A stretch of 64,000 nucleotides of DNA from Candidatus Nomurabacteria bacterium (GCA_023267375.1 JAHFNJ010000001.1:21878-85877); one strand, 5' to 3'. Counted from the first letter of the stretch, positions 44,630 through 54,150 are shown. Notes: generated by a model not told the origin, from the letters alone. Made by a program: numbers and translations.

Positions 44630-44806
44630 TGTGCGGAATGGGAGAATCGAAACTTACAGTTTCAGTACACCTTTTCGATTGATTCGGAGCAAAGCTCCTC
44701 ATCCATAACGAAAAGCTCTTCGATTCTCCCACGCGAGTGAAGCAGTTCACTCGCTATTCTCTCAATAAAAATCTTCGATTTTTATGTGCGGAATGGGAGA
44801 ATCGAA
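44630..44806. repeat. 22-bp direct repeat of the tRNA-Gly 3' end enclosing a palindromic insert
   Basis: TGTGCGGAATGGGAGAATCGAA at 44630-44651 and 44785-44806. Confidence 0.85.
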
Positions 44807-44857
44807 CTCCCGCCCAATGCTTGGGAAGCACTAGTTCTACCACTAAACTAATTCCGC
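44787..44857 (-). tRNA. tRNA-Gly(CCC)
   Basis: Minus strand GCGGAATTAGTTTAGTGGTAGAACT-AGTGC-TT-CCC-AA-GCATT...GTTCGATTCTCCCATTCCGCA. Confidence 0.95.
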
Positions 44858-44863
44858 AGGTTA

Positions 44864-45277
44864 CTACTTTTTAGCATTTTCTGGCCTTTTTTCAAACATT
44901 CCTTTGATAAAATTCCAAAATCCATGCTCTTGTGCCACACCTCCATCAATTGGCCCAGTATCAGTATCTTTAGGCGCATCCGTAATAACGACCAGTCCTT
45001 CCCCGTCCTTTACCACACGATACTTCTCCCGAATGGAATCTTCAACACCCTGATCAGTGCTTAAGGTATCCACCGCAGATTGCAGTGAGGCTTGTTTTGC
45101 TTTAAGAGTATCAAGCTCTGAAAGCGCCATGGCAAGATTTTTATTTGTCTCATGGCTTTTCCTAATGAGACCACTTACATTGTAGGCAAAAAAGATAGTC
45201 AAAAGACCTAGTGTGACAAGACTATATTTTGAATATAGTATCCGCGGCCACTTTTTCTCTTTTTGAAACGATGCCAT
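44864..45277 (-). CDS. Septum formation initiator (FtsB/DivIC-like)
   Basis: TM plus coiled coil plus L.T..GVE..IREKYRVVKDGE. Start moved to MASFQ. Confidence 0.8.
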   Translation of the reverse strand: MASFQKEKKWPRILYSKYSLVTLGLLTIFFAYNVSGLIRKSHETNKNLAMALSELDTLKAKQASLQSAVDTLSTDQGVEDSIREKYRVVKDGEGLVVITDAPKDTDTGPIDGGVAQEHGFWNFIKGMFEKRPENAKK

Positions 45278-45282
45278 ATATA

Positions 45283-45295
45283 TGCTATCATAGCA
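45283..45295. promoter_or_regulatory. Palindromic bidirectional extended -10 element
   Basis: TGCTATCATAGCA reads TG-C-TATCAT on + and TG-C-TATGAT on -, between two divergent ATGs 20 bp apart. Confidence 0.6.
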
Positions 45296-45297
45296 CC

Positions 45298-45405
45298 ATG
45301 ATTTTAAATCCAAAACACCGCAAGAAAATAGCTCGAGTTTGGGCCGTTATTTGCGTGCTTATCATTATTTCAATGATAATGCTCTATACCCCAATATTCA
45401 AATAG
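45298..45405 (+). CDS. 35-aa single-pass membrane microprotein (below the ORF-track cutoff)
   Basis: MILNPKHRKKIARVWAVICVLIIISMIMLYTPIFK*. Promoter element upstream, hairpin at 45421-45459 downstream. Confidence 0.65.
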   Translation: MILNPKHRKKIARVWAVICVLIIISMIMLYTPIFK

Positions 45406-45486
45406 CTTTTAGCTTGATTAGAAAAATCACTTGAGAGCCAGGCTCCCAAGTGATTTTTCATGTTTCTGAAATTTAGTCGTTAGATT

Positions 45487-47286
45487 CTACTCCCCACTTT
45501 TCATCATCTTCATAAAAACCTCATGTGGAATATTCACCTTGCCCCGTTCCTGCATTTTCTTCTTGCCTTTCTTCTGTTTCTCACGGAGTTTCATTTTTCG
45601 CGTAATATCGCCACCATACATGTGCTGCGTCACATCTTTGCGGAACGCAGAAAGCGTTTTAGCTGAAAGAATACGTCCTAAGCCATATGCCTGCATCTTT
45701 ATCTGAATCTGTTGTCGCGGCAAAATATCTGCCAATTTTTCAATCGCTTTTTCTGCATCTTTTTCAACCTGTCGTTTTGAAACTACTCGAGAAAATGCAG
45801 GGACGACTTCCTCGTTGATCATGATATCAAGACGCGTGACATCCGCGTCGCGAAGTTCTGCTACTTCGTACGAGACTGAAGCATAACCGGATGAAATACT
45901 CTTGAGCTCATCGAAAAAGTTACGCATCATTTCGCGGAGCGGAATCTGTACCTCTACACGAGAGCGGTTATCACCGAAGTTATCTGTAGCACCCACTTCT
46001 GCTTCGTGCTCGTACAACAGCTGCATTAAGGCGCCCAAATAATCTATCGGTGTAATGATGGTGAGCTTTACCCATGGCTCGCGCGCAGAAAGATAGGTCT
46101 TATCATCCGGAAACAAGTGCGGTGAATAAATAATTTCTTCTTTGCCGGATTTATTGGTGATGTAATAAGTAATAGACGGCGTGGTAACAATAAGAGAAAG
46201 ATTGAACTCACGGCGCAAACGCTCGCTAATTATTTCCAAATGGAGCATTCCCAAAAATCCACAACGATAGCCACGGCCGAGGGCGCCAGATGTTTCTTCG
46301 TCATATGAAAAAGATGAATCCGAAAGACGCAGCTTGCCGAGTGCGCTTTTCAATTCAGGAAAATCATCCTGCGACTCCGGATAGATAGATGCCCAAACCA
46401 CCGGCGATGGCCGCATGTATCCTGGCAACGCCGGCAATGGCTTTTTCAGAAGCGTAATCGTATCACCCACTGATGCGATACCTGGTTTTTTAATTCCGGT
46501 CACGATATAGCCGATCTCTCCAGCAGAAAGTTTTTCCGTTTCTTTTTCAAACGGCGTAAAGATACCGACTTCGAGCGATATGAATTTTTCGTTTGCGATA
46601 GAAAAAAGAAGCGGTGTATTGCGTGTGACAACACCATCGAGTACGCGGACATAGACGATCACCCCTTTGTGATTTGAATACTTAAAATCAAAGACAAGTC
46701 CGCGAAACGTATTGCCATCGGTAAATTCTGCTTCTGGCGGCGGAATGCGCTTGATCACTTCTTGAATCAATTTTTCTACGCCTTCGCCGGTCTTTCCGGA
46801 AACCAAAAGCACTTCATCGACACTGCAATCAAGCAGCTTCACCACTTCATTTTTCACATCCTCAACTCGGGCTAAAGGGCTGTCTATTTTTGACAATACA
46901 GGAATGATTTTAAGCCCAGAATCGCGTGCCATCTGCAGTGTAGTTAGTGTCTGTGCTTGGACTCCTTGCGTCGCGTCTACGAGCAAAATAGAGCCTTCTA
47001 CGGCCTTTAAAGCGCGAGATACTTCATATGAGAAGTCGATATGCCCCGGGGTATCGATGAGGTTTAAGGTATAGCTCACTCCGTCCAACTTGTAGCTCAT
47101 GCAAACAGGCGTCATTTTGATGGTGATACCGCGTTCTTTTTCAAGTTCCATGGTGTCGAGCACTTGGTTGGTCATTTTGCGCTTCTCAATCGTACCCGTC
47201 ATTTCAAGCATCCGGTCAGCCAACGTGGACTTGCCGTGGTCAATGTGCGCTATGATGCTAAAGTTTCTGATGTGCTTTAAATCCAT
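45487..47286 (-). CDS. lepA: Elongation factor 4 (LepA)
   Basis: IRNFSIIAHIDHGKSTLADR, GFLGMLHLEI, YGGDITRKMKLREKQKKGKKKM. Confidence 0.98.
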   Translation of the reverse strand: MDLKHIRNFSIIAHIDHGKSTLADRMLEMTGTIEKRKMTNQVLDTMELEKERGITIKMTPVCMSYKLDGVSYTLNLIDTPGHIDFSYEVSRALKAVEGSILLVDATQGVQAQTLTTLQMARDSGLKIIPVLSKIDSPLARVEDVKNEVVKLLDCSVDEVLLVSGKTGEGVEKLIQEVIKRIPPPEAEFTDGNTFRGLVFDFKYSNHKGVIVYVRVLDGVVTRNTPLLFSIANEKFISLEVGIFTPFEKETEKLSAGEIGYIVTGIKKPGIASVGDTITLLKKPLPALPGYMRPSPVVWASIYPESQDDFPELKSALGKLRLSDSSFSYDEETSGALGRGYRCGFLGMLHLEIISERLRREFNLSLIVTTPSITYYITNKSGKEEIIYSPHLFPDDKTYLSAREPWVKLTIITPIDYLGALMQLLYEHEAEVGATDNFGDNRSRVEVQIPLREMMRNFFDELKSISSGYASVSYEVAELRDADVTRLDIMINEEVVPAFSRVVSKRQVEKDAEKAIEKLADILPRQQIQIKMQAYGLGRILSAKTLSAFRKDVTQHMYGGDITRKMKLREKQKKGKKKMQERGKVNIPHEVFMKMMKSGE

Positions 47287-47399
47287 AAAGTACTCTCATA
47301 CTAGCAGAAAATCAGTATTTTTTCAGCTTTTATTGACAAATACTACAAAGATGATACTGTTTTTAAAAATACTATCATTCACTTAAAAAAATAACACTT

Positions 47400-47726
47400 A
47401 TGGATTCTTTAACTTTTAAAAAAATTAATGGTGGCTATACGTTAGAACTTAGCCCGCTTTCAGGAATTATTTTATCTCTCCAGGATATAGCTGGACATAG
47501 AGTAGCGCTCAACGATATCGTGGTGTCGAATGGAAACATTGGCCCGAGCAAAGACACCCAAGGACGTGTCATCGAGATTCTTGAGCCAGGCACACAAGGA
47601 CATAGTAGCGACGTGATTCTTTGCGACTTCAACGGAGAAGTATCTTTCATGAAGTTTGGAGACTTAGAACACGATAGAAATGGTCACATCTTTCATCCAG
47701 CTCCCGGAGAATCCATCGCTGAATAA
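47400..47726 (+). CDS. Orphan hypothetical protein (stand-alone cassette)
   Basis: TTGACA-N16-TACTGT upstream, terminator at 47745-47777 shared with murJ. Confidence 0.7.
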   Translation: MDSLTFKKINGGYTLELSPLSGIILSLQDIAGHRVALNDIVVSNGNIGPSKDTQGRVIEILEPGTQGHSSDVILCDFNGEVSFMKFGDLEHDRNGHIFHPAPGESIAE

Positions 47727-47783
47727 ACGAAAAACAAAATAAAGAAAAGCATTCCGCTTCTAAGCGGGATGCTTTTTTATTTT

Positions 47784-49484
47784 CTAACTAAGGTCTTCCG
47801 GACCTGGTGAGAATACTTTCGTTCCCCAAATCTTGTGGTGGAGCGACGTCAGCACATTTTCAATTTCTTTATTTTTCATAAGTTTAAGCGCAAGTACGGC
47901 AACCAAAATACCCAAGATACCCGCGATCAAACCTTGCCCGAAGACACCCCAAAACGATGAGAGACCGAAGATCGGACCGAGAAATGCGAGCGTTGCGTAC
48001 GAGACAATTCCTAAACAAAGTGCAGCAGTAAGACTCTGGAAAAAAGTTCGTGACAATTCCCATGGATGACCTTGCATGAAATCGCGACGGAATAAAATCC
48101 AGTGCGCAAAGAAGTTGAAGATTGAGCCGATAGAATATGCGAGCGGCAGCATCAATATTGCCGATCCCTGAATATTATCGACACGGAGTAATGTTCGGAA
48201 GAAATTTTGCATAGCCACGGAAGTACCGTAGCAGTACATCAGCACGTAGGCTAAGATAATTGTAATGACCGAGGCAACAATATTTACCAAAAGCGGTTGG
48301 CGAGTTTTCCCGGATGCATAGTACGCACGGACAAAAAGTAATACGAGCCCTTGTGCCACAATTGAAATTGAAAAAAGTGCGAGCGCAGCAGCAGTCAATC
48401 GTGTTGAAGACCATGAGAATTCGCCGGAACCTAAGATCACGCGCACAATCTGCGCACGGATGACGATAAAAAGCACCATGATCGGCAGCGACCAGAAAAT
48501 CATCTGGCGTGCGGTAATCATGGTGTAGTCGATAAAACGCTTAATATTCCCCACCGCATACGCTTCGGCAAGAATCGGGAAAACTGCCACTGAATAAGAA
48601 GTACCGATAATATTGAGCGGTACGGTTTCCAGATTGTAGGCAAACGTAAAAATAGAAATAGAACCTTCTTTGATGAGCGATGCGAGCGCTACAATCACGA
48701 TGAGCGTAATGCTATTCAATGATAGCGCCAACGTACGCGGTAATGAGATCGCTGTCACTTCGCGTATTTGCTTCCAATCGATCTTTTTTACAAAATGCGG
48801 AACAAAACCATGTTTAATAATGACTGGCAACTGAATTGCAAAGTGAAGCAACGCACCTAAAACAACACCGATTGCCAATCCATACACACCAAACAGTGGA
48901 TAGAAAAAGAGCACCCCGGAAATGATGCCGATGTTATAAAAAACGGGAGACAGCGCATAGACAAAAAAATTCTTGTAATACTGCGTGATCGAACCAAGTA
49001 CATTTGAAATACCGATAAAGAGCGGCGAAAGAAGCATAATGCGCGAGGTCATGATGAGCTCAGCCAGCTCTTTTGCATCAAAGCCTGGTGCAATATAGCG
49101 TGCAATATACGGCATTAAAATCGCAATGACTGCGGAGAGAATAACCATCGCCCCGAAAAAGACCGTAAAAACTTGGTTGAGAAACTTTCGCCCCTCTTCT
49201 TTTCCGGTTTCATCACTCGCGTTACCATTCATTCGCTTGATCAAAAATGGAATAATAACCGTAATCGAAACGAGTGATGCGATAGACACGTATAAAAAGT
49301 CTGGCACTCGAAATGCCGCGTAGTAAACATCAAGATGAGCAGAAGGACCAAGGAAGTGCGCAAGTGAACGATCACGGACGAGCGCCAAAAGCTGTGAAAT
49401 GAGGGTAAAAAATCCCATCAGCAAAGCTGCATCGTGGATTCCGTTTGATTCTTTGTGGAGCAGCGCAAATATCTTTTTAACCAT
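47784..49484 (-). CDS. murJ: Lipid II flippase MurJ (MviN)
   Basis: L.LVRDR, DVYYAAFRVPD, P.FYNIGII, LPRT, RAYYA. Multiple TM helices. Confidence 0.92.
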   Translation of the reverse strand: MVKKIFALLHKESNGIHDAALLMGFFTLISQLLALVRDRSLAHFLGPSAHLDVYYAAFRVPDFLYVSIASLVSITVIIPFLIKRMNGNASDETGKEEGRKFLNQVFTVFFGAMVILSAVIAILMPYIARYIAPGFDAKELAELIMTSRIMLLSPLFIGISNVLGSITQYYKNFFVYALSPVFYNIGIISGVLFFYPLFGVYGLAIGVVLGALLHFAIQLPVIIKHGFVPHFVKKIDWKQIREVTAISLPRTLALSLNSITLIVIVALASLIKEGSISIFTFAYNLETVPLNIIGTSYSVAVFPILAEAYAVGNIKRFIDYTMITARQMIFWSLPIMVLFIVIRAQIVRVILGSGEFSWSSTRLTAAALALFSISIVAQGLVLLFVRAYYASGKTRQPLLVNIVASVITIILAYVLMYCYGTSVAMQNFFRTLLRVDNIQGSAILMLPLAYSIGSIFNFFAHWILFRRDFMQGHPWELSRTFFQSLTAALCLGIVSYATLAFLGPIFGLSSFWGVFGQGLIAGILGILVAVLALKLMKNKEIENVLTSLHHKIWGTKVFSPGPEDLS

Positions 49485-49486
49485 GA

Positions 49487-52345
49487 TTATGCAGCGACAA
49501 TGTTCACCAATTTATTTTTTACGTAAATTATTTTTCGAATCGTCTTGCCTGCTATCCATGATTGTATCATAGGATGATTCTTTGCTATTTCTTCTGCTTC
49601 TTTTTCTGATAGTGAAACAGGGACTGTTGCTTCGGCGCGAACTTTGCTATTTACCTGTATGACGAGCGTAAAGGTATCATCAACAATTTTCTTCGGATCA
49701 TACTTTGGCCACTTTGAAAGATGGATAGATTTCTTCTCTCCCATCTCTCGCCAAAGCTCTTCAGCAACGTGCGGGATAAATGGCGCGACTATCTGCAAAA
49801 ATAGCTTGAAATCTTTTACCGAAAGGCTTTCTGCCTTCTCCATTTCATTTACACAAATCATCATCGATGAAATCGCAGTATTGAAACCCATGATTTCAAT
49901 ATCTTCAGTCACCTTTTTAATTGCCTTATGGAGTAATCGTTCTATCTCTTTACTGCTTGTCTTCGCTTTTGCACTCATTACCTTTTCTCCTAGTCGCCAG
50001 ACTTTTTCAATAAAGCGTCGTGAACCGATCATGCTCTCCGTTGACCACACCACTGCTTGATCAAATGGACCAAGAAACATCTCATAGAGACGAAGTGTAT
50101 CAGCGCCGTAGGTTTTGACGATATCGTCAGGATTTACTACATTACCCCGAGATTTTGACATCTTCTCTCCTCCTTCAGCCAAAATAAGTCCATGCGATGT
50201 ACGCTTCTTGTATGGCTCACTCGTCGGCACTAATTTCAAATCATAGAGGAATTTGTGCCAGAAACGAGAATAGAGCAGGTGAAGTGTGGTGTGTTCCATT
50301 CCCCCGTTATACCAATCAACTGGCGTCCAATATTTCAAATTTTTCTTTGACGCAAACTCTTTTTTATTTTTCGGATCGGTGTAGCGAAGATAGTACCAAG
50401 AACTTCCTGCCCAGTTTGGCATCGTATCAGTTTCGCGTTTTGCTTTACCTTTGCATTTTGGACACTTCGTATTTACCCATGAAGTAATAGCGGAAAGTGG
50501 CGATTCCCCAGTATCAGTCGGCTGGTAACTTTTTACTTTTGGCAATTTGAGTGGCAATTCTTTCTCTGGTACTGGCACCCAGCCACACTTTTCACAATTG
50601 ACGAGCGGAATCGGTTCACCCCAATAACGCTGCCGAGAGAACACCCAATCACGAAGTTTGAATTTCGTCACCATTTTTCCGCCGACAAATTCAGTTATAT
50701 TCTTTTTTACTTCTTGAGAAGAAAGACCATTGAACTGGCCGGAGTTAATCAAAACACCACCTTCAGTGTAGGCACCTATTTTCCCAAGATACTTATTCCA
50801 AGAAAGTTTATGATTGCCATGCACCAAAAAATCTTCCATCTTATTTTTTTCTATCCAAAGCGGCTCATGTTTTTTTAACTCCTCTTCATCAACGTTATTC
50901 TGCGCGCCACTTCCAAGTTCGATCACTATCGTTTGTGCTTTCGCATAACGGTTTTCGCCTTTTTGGTGTTGATAAAATTTTGAATGTACTTCAAACTGTA
51001 AATCATATGCTTTCTTAAAATCAGTAAACCCTGTTTCTTCTGAAACCTCACGCTTCATAGCACTTACTGCATCTTCCCCTGTATCAATACCTCCCATAAC
51101 AAGCGACGTCCAATGATCTACTTGTTTCCATTTAAGTGCCAAATATTTATCCTCACTCCAATGTTTAATGATTGCATAGGCAACATCACGCTCAATTACA
51201 GGTTTACCCGCAACAGGCTTATCAGGATGACCTTCTCCAGATTCAAACATCGGTGCAATAACCTGCTTAATCGGCAATTTGTATTTTGTCGCAAACGCAA
51301 AATCACGCTCATCATGTGCGGGTACCGCCATAACCGCGCCCGTACCGTAATTTACCAATGCATAATCAGCCACCCAGACTGAAACCTTTTCACCATTTGC
51401 TGGGTTGATTGCTTCTACACCTTTCAATTCCACGCCAGTCTTTTCTTTGTCGGCCGCTGTTCGGGTCAATTCATCTTTCTTTTTTGCTAGAGCTATATAT
51501 TTCTCAACCTCGTCCCAATTTTTAACTTTCGACTTTAGACTTTCGACTAATGTATGTTCAGGCGCAAGTATCACGTAGGTTGCACCAAAAATAGTATCTG
51601 CACGTGTTGTAAATACTTTGATTCCCAATTCTGAATCTGTAATTTTAAATTCAATTTCACTGCCTTCTGATTTTCCAATCCAATTTCGCTGTTGTGTTTT
51701 GACTTGCGGCAGATAATCTACCGTATCCAAATCTTTATCGAGACGGTCAGCATATTTTGTGATCGCAAGCATCCATTGTTCTTTCTCACGCTTTTCAGTC
51801 AGCGTACCGCAGCGCTCGCAGCAACCATTGATCACTTCTTCGTTCGCTAAACCAATTTTATCTTTTGGACACCAGTTAATGACGGTCTTGGTTTTGTACG
51901 CCAAACCTTTTTTAAAAAATTGCAGAAATATCCACTGCGTCCATTTATAGTACGCAGGGTCAGTGGTATTTACTTCACGAGACCAATCAAACGAAACTGC
52001 CAATGATTTTATCTGTCGACGAAAGTTATCACTGTTTTTCTTGGTGACTTTCTCCGGCGCAATACCTGTCTTGATCGCATAGTTTTCGGTGGGCAGTCCG
52101 AACGCATCCCAACCAATCGGATAAAGCACATTATAGCCTTCCATGCGACGCTTACGAGAAATAATATCCATACCTATATATGGACGCGGGTGACCGACGT
52201 GAAGGCCATCACCTGATGGATATGGGAACTCAATTAAACCGTAGAATTTTTTACCCTTAAGCTTATTTTGAGCGTTATAAATTTTCTTCTTTTCCCATTC
52301 CTTCTGCCATTTGCCCTCGATTTTCTTGTGATCGTAATTCTTCAT
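49487..52345 (-). CDS. leuS: Leucine--tRNA ligase with an inserted Nudix domain
   Basis: FPYPSGDGLHVGH, GWDAFGLP, GTGAVMAVPAHDERD, DWVFSRQRYWGEPIP, KMSKS. Nudix box at 51026-51094. Confidence 0.97.
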   Translation of the reverse strand: MKNYDHKKIEGKWQKEWEKKKIYNAQNKLKGKKFYGLIEFPYPSGDGLHVGHPRPYIGMDIISRKRRMEGYNVLYPIGWDAFGLPTENYAIKTGIAPEKVTKKNSDNFRRQIKSLAVSFDWSREVNTTDPAYYKWTQWIFLQFFKKGLAYKTKTVINWCPKDKIGLANEEVINGCCERCGTLTEKREKEQWMLAITKYADRLDKDLDTVDYLPQVKTQQRNWIGKSEGSEIEFKITDSELGIKVFTTRADTIFGATYVILAPEHTLVESLKSKVKNWDEVEKYIALAKKKDELTRTAADKEKTGVELKGVEAINPANGEKVSVWVADYALVNYGTGAVMAVPAHDERDFAFATKYKLPIKQVIAPMFESGEGHPDKPVAGKPVIERDVAYAIIKHWSEDKYLALKWKQVDHWTSLVMGGIDTGEDAVSAMKREVSEETGFTDFKKAYDLQFEVHSKFYQHQKGENRYAKAQTIVIELGSGAQNNVDEEELKKHEPLWIEKNKMEDFLVHGNHKLSWNKYLGKIGAYTEGGVLINSGQFNGLSSQEVKKNITEFVGGKMVTKFKLRDWVFSRQRYWGEPIPLVNCEKCGWVPVPEKELPLKLPKVKSYQPTDTGESPLSAITSWVNTKCPKCKGKAKRETDTMPNWAGSSWYYLRYTDPKNKKEFASKKNLKYWTPVDWYNGGMEHTTLHLLYSRFWHKFLYDLKLVPTSEPYKKRTSHGLILAEGGEKMSKSRGNVVNPDDIVKTYGADTLRLYEMFLGPFDQAVVWSTESMIGSRRFIEKVWRLGEKVMSAKAKTSSKEIERLLHKAIKKVTEDIEIMGFNTAISSMMICVNEMEKAESLSVKDFKLFLQIVAPFIPHVAEELWREMGEKKSIHLSKWPKYDPKKIVDDTFTLVIQVNSKVRAEATVPVSLSEKEAEEIAKNHPMIQSWIAGKTIRKIIYVKNKLVNIVAA

Positions 52346-52413
52346 ATAGTTTTACCACTATAGCAAAAAATCCCCGAAAATTCGAGGATTTTTTGACTGT
52401 GGAAAGAAAGATA

Positions 52414-53016
52414 CTATTCTTTCATCTTCTTCACTCCAACCCAGATAAGTGCGGCTAGAGCAACTGCGAGTATTACCACTCGAATGACATCATTCATATC
52501 ACTCCAGTAACGCATCGAACCGATAATGAGCGAAACAACTCCCCCGAACGCTAGTCCGAGAGAAACAGCTCCCACACTTGAGAAGACAGTGATTCCAAGC
52601 ACAAGCGATATCACGCCAAGGATTACGAGGATAATGAACACATTGCGGTTATATACCGACTGCGCATCATTGAAGTGCATGCTACATGTGTACGTTGCAT
52701 TACAATACCCAGAAATCTGAACAGTATTAGCAGGCAGCGGTTTCGTCATCCCTTTGGCATCAGCTGTTACCGGCACCGTTGTCTCAACCCACTGACCACC
52801 CACAGTAGTACACTCCTCGCTTGTTTGGTACACTTTGACGTTTAAATCATTCGGGCAAAATGTTTCAAATTTTGGTTCTTCATACAGCAAGTGAATTGTG
52901 TAATTGAAAAATAAATTAAGTACAATAATAATTCCCAATATGAGCGCCCACTTTACGACTTTTGTATTTTTCTTCGCTGACTGGCTACTTGGAGCCATAG
53001 TGTTATTTGTTTCCAT
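52414..53016 (-). CDS. Hypothetical membrane protein with a Cys-containing extracellular loop
   Basis: 4 TM helices and C...C..GGQW...GYC....C loop. TGATATAAT upstream of METNN. Confidence 0.78.
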   Translation of the reverse strand: METNNTMAPSSQSAKKNTKVVKWALILGIIIVLNLFFNYTIHLLYEEPKFETFCPNDLNVKVYQTSEECTTVGGQWVETTVPVTADAKGMTKPLPANTVQISGYCNATYTCSMHFNDAQSVYNRNVFIILVILGVISLVLGITVFSSVGAVSLGLAFGGVVSLIIGSMRYWSDMNDVIRVVILAVALAALIWVGVKKMKE

Positions 53017-53055
53017 ATTCTGCATTATATCATTTTTTTGCTACAATAGCAGACA

Positions 53056-53538
53056 ATGACTCGCGCAGAAAGAAACCGAAAACGTATAGAGACAGCCTCG
53101 ATAAAGCTTACTCGCTGGATCGGTTCAACACCATCTGTGATCGTCCACACGATCTTTTTTGCGATTATGCTCGCCCTTCCGTTTTGGGGCGTTGGTTTTG
53201 ACAGAATACTACTCGTCCTTACCACAGCCGTCTCGCTTGAAGCGATCTATCTTTCCATATTTATCCAAATGACGGTGAACCGACACAGTAAAGAACTTGA
53301 AGAAGTATCAGAAGATATTGAAGAGATTCAGGAAGATGTGGAAGAGATTCAGGAAGATGTGGATGAAATTCAAGAGGATGTCGACGAAATCCAGGAAGAC
53401 GTGAGTGAAATTCAAGAGGATGTCGAAGACATCGAAGAAGAAACTCAATCAGACGATGATAGAACGATGGAGAAAATTGAAACAACCTTGGCCGATCTCA
53501 TGCGCGAAATAAAAGAGCTCAAAAACTCAAAAAAGTAA
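53056..53538 (+). CDS. DUF1003-like membrane protein with an acidic heptad-repeat coiled coil
   Basis: WIGS, LT..VSLEAIYLSIFIQM.VNR, (V/I)(E/D)EIQED repeats. Confidence 0.8.
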   Translation: MTRAERNRKRIETASIKLTRWIGSTPSVIVHTIFFAIMLALPFWGVGFDRILLVLTTAVSLEAIYLSIFIQMTVNRHSKELEEVSEDIEEIQEDVEEIQEDVDEIQEDVDEIQEDVSEIQEDVEDIEEETQSDDDRTMEKIETTLADLMREIKELKNSKK

Positions 53539-53541
53539 CAC

Positions 53542-54093
53542 CTACGGACGGAGAACGACAGGAACGCCAGTAACTAAAGAAATAATCTTAGATGGTTTTG
53601 ATTTGCGAGTGCCTGCTGACATATAAAAATCAATCGTATCGCCAAAATATTTTTTCGCGTCAGAAATAGTAAGTGCAGGAGGAAATCCTTCTTTATTTGC
53701 CGACGGCGCAACCAATGGGCCTGTTTTTTTAAGAATAGCGATCAGTGCTTTTTTATTCGGAAAGCGGAAAGCCAAAGACTCTACCCCACGATGCAAGTAT
53801 GTAATTTTTTTCTGACTCTTTTTTTCTACCGGCAACACGATACTGACCTTCCCTGGCCAGACTTTTTCTAACATACTTTTGTTTGCACGAATAAGTTCTG
53901 GTGAGATGCCAAACTTTTGTAAATCATGTATGGAGCTAATTAAAATAATGCACGGTTTCTTTGGATCACGTCCACGAACTTTATATATGCGTTCAACTGT
54001 TTTTTTTGAAAACGCACTGCCAACAACACCATAGAGTGTGTCGGTTGGAATGACACCAACTCCGCCTTTTTTTAATATTTTTACCAAATCCAT
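53542..54093 (-). CDS. tsaC: L-threonylcarbamoyladenylate synthase (YrdC/TsaC)
   Basis: PTDTLYG, R...KP, WPG, PLVAPSAN, S.II. Start moved to MDLVK. Confidence 0.92.
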   Translation of the reverse strand: MDLVKILKKGGVGVIPTDTLYGVVGSAFSKKTVERIYKVRGRDPKKPCIILISSIHDLQKFGISPELIRANKSMLEKVWPGKVSIVLPVEKKSQKKITYLHRGVESLAFRFPNKKALIAILKKTGPLVAPSANKEGFPPALTISDAKKYFGDTIDFYMSAGTRKSKPSKIISLVTGVPVVLRP

Positions 54094-54122
54094 AATAACG
54101 ATAGTAACATAGTTCCCGTCTA

Positions 54123-54150
54123 TTGACACTTATCCACAATACTCTACTAT
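54123..54150 (+). promoter_or_regulatory. Sigma70-type promoter with a consensus DnaA box in the spacer
   Basis: TTGACA (54123-54128), TTATCCACA (54130-54138), TACTAT. Confidence 0.55.

Noticed and set aside
33639-44857. Prophage or genomic island at the tRNA genes
   Set aside because: No integrase or phage genes. The duplications enclose under 160 bp and the flanking genes are core.
53310-53440. Regularly spaced repeats as a possible CRISPR array
   Set aside because: They are contiguous in-frame 21-bp coding repeats with no spacers and no cas genes.
54130-54138. Replication origin
   Set aside because: Only a single perfect DnaA box, with no box cluster and no dnaA or dnaN nearby.
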